From the NCBI RefSeq assembly GCF_000009705.1, contig NC_003272.1, positions 2,280,001-2,312,000 on the forward strand: DNA of 32,000 bases. Reading direction: 5' to 3'. Below the pieces are notes generated by a model. It saw only the letters and a program-made list of their open reading frames with translations. It searched no databases and was not told the DNA's origin. Both the position numbers and the translations under genes were made by a program. The stretch is from Nostoc sp. PCC 7120 = FACHB-418 (lineage in GTDB: Bacteria > Cyanobacteriota > Cyanobacteriia > Cyanobacteriales > Nostocaceae). Below are positions 28,668-32,000 of this stretch, one piece after another (position 1 is the first letter of the stretch; each line of letters begins with the position of its first letter).

Positions 28668-28683
28668 TGTAAAGATATATACA
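28668..28683. promoter_or_regulatory. NtcA-type box TGTA-N8-TACA
   Basis: TGTAAAGATATATACA fits the GTA-N8-TAC consensus exactly. Candidate -10 elements lie 16 or 28 nt downstream rather than the usual ~22, and one chance hit is plausible in 1.3 kb of AT-rich DNA. Confidence 0.2.
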
Positions 28684-29835
28684 CCTAAAAAAGGAAATTA
28701 TTTTTGTTGGTATAAAAATATTTTTATCAGTAGTTATGTTATTGTAAATTTAATCAAATTTATTGTATCTTTACTACTTAATAAGTGTAGTTATTGTCCA
28801 ATACAAGGACTTTTCGGAAATCAAATATGAATCCGATATATTTCCTGCTCAAGGTAGATGTATGTCTACTTATTATCTTTATAATTATTATCTTGAACTA
28901 GAAGAAATCCACTAAAAAATGCAGTTATTCAGTTTGATTTTTTGTCCGCAAACTAAAAGCAAAACTAATCTAATATTCAAACTTTTATCGTGTTCAATAA
29001 GTAATAGTTATTCTTTGCATGGTTAATATAAAGATTTGATGAAGTTTTAAGTTTTCCAACGAAAACTATTGACTATATGATGAAAAATTCTTAAAAGAAT
29101 AACAGTGGTGTAAAACACTAAATTAAATCACTGTCACTGTTAAGAGAATTTAGTCTTTTAATTAACTCCAGGCACATCAGATTCTACTGCTGAAAACAAT
29201 TATTGTTAGGTGGATGTAAATAGCATTGTTTACACCTATACCTAGCTCTAGCTGCATATGTTTTTACTCCTATGTATAACAGGCTTTAACCTCTTATTAG
29301 TCTCTAAAAAAACTAAGTTTAAAGATTAAGAGGCTTACCTCTGAACTAAAAGTGCAAAGTTCAGTAACATCCTAAAAATCAGACTTGAGTATTAGACCTT
29401 AGAAAAGTATCGGCAAAAAAATACCAGTATTACACCAAGCTTCAGAACAAATGCCGATTTATTCCAGTTAACCAGTGCAAAACTAATTCGTTCTAGGTGT
29501 TTTACCAGATAATGCTGTTTATCAGGAGAGACGACATATATGCTATCAGCATATTTTGTTAGGTTTGCTGACTACTACTGGATAAGGAATTTTACTACGC
29601 TACGCGTGTCAGTTGTTAGTTGTGGATCGTTAGCAGCGAGGTGGGAGTCTCGATAGTACAACTGCTATGGCTACTAGATTCTGAGTACTAAATGTTGATA
29701 AATAGCCGCCTTAATCTTCTCAGATAAGGGGGTAGACACTCATCATCGGATATTGATGAGAGATTAATTTTGCAACTAATTTTTTAGTTGTAATACACAA
29801 GTTTACCGCAGTTTCACATTAGACAGCAACTGGTA

Positions 29836-30426
29836 ATGATTATGTCACACAGTTTTAATCAAGAAACAGTTTTTGCTACTTATGAAAACCAAGAGAGCAA
29901 GTTTTTAACACCTTTCCAACGGAAGGCTTTACTCAAACATTTACAAAACAATTTACAGCCAGAATATCGCCGCCGCATTGAAATAATGTTAATGGCTGAT
30001 ATTGGTAAATCTCAAACTCAAATTTGTGAAATATTAGGTTGTTCCCAAGAAATGGCTCGTTATTGGATTGGTTTAGCCGAGGCTGGTTTAGCACATAAAT
30101 GGAATGAACGTCCCATAGGTAGACCGAAGATTGTTAATACTCAATATCTGGAAAGATTAAGAGAGTTAGTCAGCAATAGTCCTCGTGATTATGGGTATGC
30201 TTTTACTCACTGGACGGCTCAATGGTTAAGCAAACATTTAGCCTCGGAATTAGGCATTGAAATTAGCGATCGCCACATTAATCGCCTGCTTAAACAAATG
30301 GGACTTTCCACTAAACGCAAAGGTTCCCAACCAAAAGAAACTAATTCTCTAGAGGATGCTGCGATTACAATTGGCGACTTAAAAACCACATCTGAACCTA
30401 GTCTTAATTGGTCTTTTAATTCTTAA
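29836..30426 (+). CDS. Stand-alone helix-turn-helix protein resembling the N-terminal DNA-binding half of IS630/Tc1-type transposases (196 aa)
   Basis: Pattern RRRIEIMLMADIGKSQTQICEILGCSQEMARYW...RPIGRPK...FTHWTAQWLSKHLASELGIEISDRHINRLLKQMGLSTKR (HTH plus winged HTH). No DDE domain follows. Contains a HIP1 site at 30266..30273. Confidence 0.75.
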   Translation: MIMSHSFNQETVFATYENQESKFLTPFQRKALLKHLQNNLQPEYRRRIEIMLMADIGKSQTQICEILGCSQEMARYWIGLAEAGLAHKWNERPIGRPKIVNTQYLERLRELVSNSPRDYGYAFTHWTAQWLSKHLASELGIEISDRHINRLLKQMGLSTKRKGSQPKETNSLEDAAITIGDLKTTSEPSLNWSFNS

Positions 30427-30429
30427 TTA

Positions 30430-30547
30430 GGGGTACAGGGGTATAGGGGTATAGGGGTACAGGGGTACAGGGATACAGGGGTATAGGGGTATAGAGGTAC
30501 AAATATTTGAAACCCTTACACCCTTACACCCTTACACCCTCACACCC
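30430..30547. repeat. Octamer tandem arrays: (GGGGTAYA)x9 then (CCCTTACA)x4
   Basis: Nine 8-nt units occupy 30430..30501 (two are degenerate: GGGATACA, GAGGTACA). After an 11-nt AT spacer come CCCTTACA x3 plus CCCTCACA plus CCC at 30513..30547. The whole block lies between the HTH stop and the exporter ATG. Confidence 0.9.
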
Positions 30548-30608
30548 AGCCTCAAAAGAGTAAGTCCTATTAAATTTTGAATTCCCCCTTGGGGTTGGAG
30601 GTGGGAAA

Positions 30609-32000
30609 ATGCCATCAGGGTTTTCCCGGCAATATTTAGCGGAACAACTCACTCATATATTGGGTGAGTCTTTGTCAGAACGGGAGTTAGAAAAGTGCAT
30701 CCAAGGTTTAGAAATTATTGAACCACCAATCGCCAAACAATTTTGGCAAGCGGCGACAGCATCGGCGGGGATTTATATTGTTCTTGGGGGTAAAGTCAGG
30801 CTATTAGATGACGCTCACAACTTAATTACGACCGTTTCAACTGGTGCATCCTTTGGGGAATTGACTCTGTTTCCTGATGCAGACTTTATTCCTTATGTCG
30901 CTAGAGCTTCGGTGAACTTGAAATTGGGTTATCTTCCCCAGACGATTTTACAAGATTTGATGGGCGAAAATTCCAGTGTTGGCGATCGCCTGAAAAAACA
31001 CGCCGAAACTTGGGATTTGTTGGTGTTGTGTTGTCAAAACTCTTTGTTGCCGCAAAATTCCTCAGTTGAGGAGATAATCAAAGCCTTAGCTTTATTTGAG
31101 CGACATAGTTTAGATATTGGTTCCCTACCATCACAGATATTTCCAGATACCAAGCTGTGGATATTGCGTCGCGGAGAATTGGAAAATAATAACGGACGCA
31201 CATTCCAACCCGGAACCATCTCCCAATATTCAAAGCAAATCAATTGGCAAGTCACACAATCAGCTATTGTGTATATTCTCAAGCAGGAGAATTGGCAAGT
31301 AGCACAGGAGTATTGGCCGGAGTTGGGGACTGGAGATTGGGGACTGGGGACTGGGGAAAACGCTTCTCAGTCGCCTTTACCTAGTCTTCGTTCTCCGGTT
31401 GTGAGGGAGCCGGAACCGCAGCCACAGCCAAAACAACGCCGAGCTTATTTCCCTAGTCCTCGTCTTCAGGTTGGTCATTGGTGGGGACGACTGATTAAGC
31501 GCTATCCCATATTTGAGCAACAAAGTGCGGCTGATTGTGGTGCGGCTTGTTTGGTGATGATTAGTCGCTATTGGGGTAAGCGTTTGAGTGTGAACCGACT
31601 GCGGGATTTAACTAACGTCAATCGCAGTGGTGCATCGTTGAAGGGTTTAACCGCCGCCGCCGAAACCATTGGTTTTACTACTCGTCCGGTAAAAGCTAGC
31701 TTTGATAAATTAGCACAACAACCCTTACCAGCGATCGCCCATTGGGAGGGTAAACACTATATTGTAGTTTATGAGATTAACAAAAAACAGGTAATTGTCG
31801 GTGATCCGGCGATCGGTCAACGTAACTTGAGTATTGCTGAATTTAAAGCGGGTTGGACTGGTTACGCCTTGTTGTTGCAACCGACAACCGAGCTGAAAGA
31901 AAACGAAGAAGCAAATACATCATTTTGGCAATTATTTGAGTTAGTCAAACCCCACACACGGGTATTAGTAGAGGTATTCAGCGCTTCGGTATTGATTCAG
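30609..32000 (+). CDS. N-terminal 464 codons of a HetC-type ABC exporter: cNMP-binding-like domain(s) plus C39 (double-glycine) peptidase domain; ORF continues beyond the window
   Basis: ATG 30609 is the first start after an in-frame TAA at 30561, with GGAGGTGGG SD upstream, and the frame has no stop to 32000. cNMP-like cassette GASFGELTLF...VARAS. C39 motifs QQSAADCGAACLVMISRYWG (Cys codon 31536..31538), AIAHWEGKHYIVVYE and GDPAIG. Not in the ORF track because it has no stop inside the window. Confidence 0.85.
   Translation, partial: MPSGFSRQYLAEQLTHILGESLSERELEKCIQGLEIIEPPIAKQFWQAATASAGIYIVLGGKVRLLDDAHNLITTVSTGASFGELTLFPDADFIPYVARASVNLKLGYLPQTILQDLMGENSSVGDRLKKHAETWDLLVLCCQNSLLPQNSSVEEIIKALALFERHSLDIGSLPSQIFPDTKLWILRRGELENNNGRTFQPGTISQYSKQINWQVTQSAIVYILKQENWQVAQEYWPELGTGDWGLGTGENASQSPLPSLRSPVVREPEPQPQPKQRRAYFPSPRLQVGHWWGRLIKRYPIFEQQSAADCGAACLVMISRYWGKRLSVNRLRDLTNVNRSGASLKGLTAAAETIGFTTRPVKASFDKLAQQPLPAIAHWEGKHYIVVYEINKKQVIVGDPAIGQRNLSIAEFKAGWTGYALLLQPTTELKENEEANTSFWQLFELVKPHTRVLVEVFSASVLIQ
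31325..31356. repeat. STRR1 heptamer array (GGGGACT, reverse complement of CCCCAGT) inside the exporter coding sequence
   Basis: GGGGACT GGAGATT GGGGACT GGGGACT GGGG, translated in frame as LGTGDWGLGTGE. Same family as the intergenic arrays at 23741..23778 and 25093..25108. Confidence 0.85.

Noticed and set aside
28615-28830. 71-aa track ORF, and the other small ORFs in the AT-rich block (plus strand ATGs at 28827, 28919, 29257, 29512; minus strand ATGs at 29177 and 29257), as candidate double-glycine-leader precursors for the C39 exporter.
   Set aside because: None has a Gly-Gly or Gly-Ala cleavage motif or a leader-like N-terminus, and their composition mirrors AT-rich DNA. Only 29540-29656 has a weak SD, and it too lacks a GG motif.
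29836-30547. An active or recently decayed IS630 element.
   Set aside because: There is no DDE-domain coding sequence in any frame after 30426, no terminal inverted repeats and no TA duplication recognisable. A HIP1 site lies inside the ORF. I treat it as a host gene rather than a mobile element.
31034-31302. Track ORFs 31034-31282 (minus) and 31117-31302 (plus).
   Set aside because: Both lie inside the uninterrupted, motif-supported exporter reading frame.
30609-32000. Naming the exporter hetC outright.
   Set aside because: The architecture matches HetC, but Nostocales genomes carry several paralogous cNMP/C39 ABC exporters. I cannot verify orthology or synteny (for example a downstream hetP) from this window, so the symbol is left blank.
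1-32000. Search for tRNA, rRNA, CRISPR arrays, riboswitch-like leaders, prophage or toxin-antitoxin/defence modules.
   Set aside because: No T-loop/acceptor-type sequences, no spaced direct repeats of CRISPR type and no phage, integrase or defence gene signatures were seen. The Uma2-family gene is a ubiquitous cyanobacterial singleton, not evidence of a restriction system.

Overview
This 32-kb chromosomal window reads like a filamentous, heterocyst-forming cyanobacterium (Nostoc/Anabaena type). HIP1 octamers (GCGATCGC) occur throughout genes and spacers. Intergenic DNA is packed with heptameric STRR-type tandem repeats and small palindromic elements. Most genes are housekeeping or metabolic: a TPS-domain (filamentous-haemagglutinin-like) exoprotein; a His-box membrane hydroxylase fused to an SDR; nifJ (pyruvate:ferredoxin/flavodoxin oxidoreductase) followed by a dihydroorotate-dehydrogenase-like flavoprotein and 6-phosphofructokinase; a CBS-PAS hybrid histidine kinase; an orphan sugar-type ABC binding protein; a Ser/Thr kinase; a methyltransferase; bioB; a 31-codon petL missed by the ORF track; a Uma2-type nuclease; and aroB. 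The right-hand 4.5 kb is the least ordinary part. It holds a parvulin-like gene, a 1.3-kb AT-rich, ORF-poor, HIP1-free spacer, a transposase-derived HTH protein, and a (GGGGTAYA)9/(CCCTTACA)4 octamer array. It ends in an open-ended ORF (30609 to window end, absent from the ORF track) encoding the cNMP-binding-like plus C39-peptidase N-terminus of a HetC-type ABC exporter, with an STRR1 heptamer array embedded in its coding sequence. I saw no rRNA, tRNA, CRISPR, prophage or recognisable defence island. All protein calls come from motif recognition by eye; no database search or folding computation was possible.
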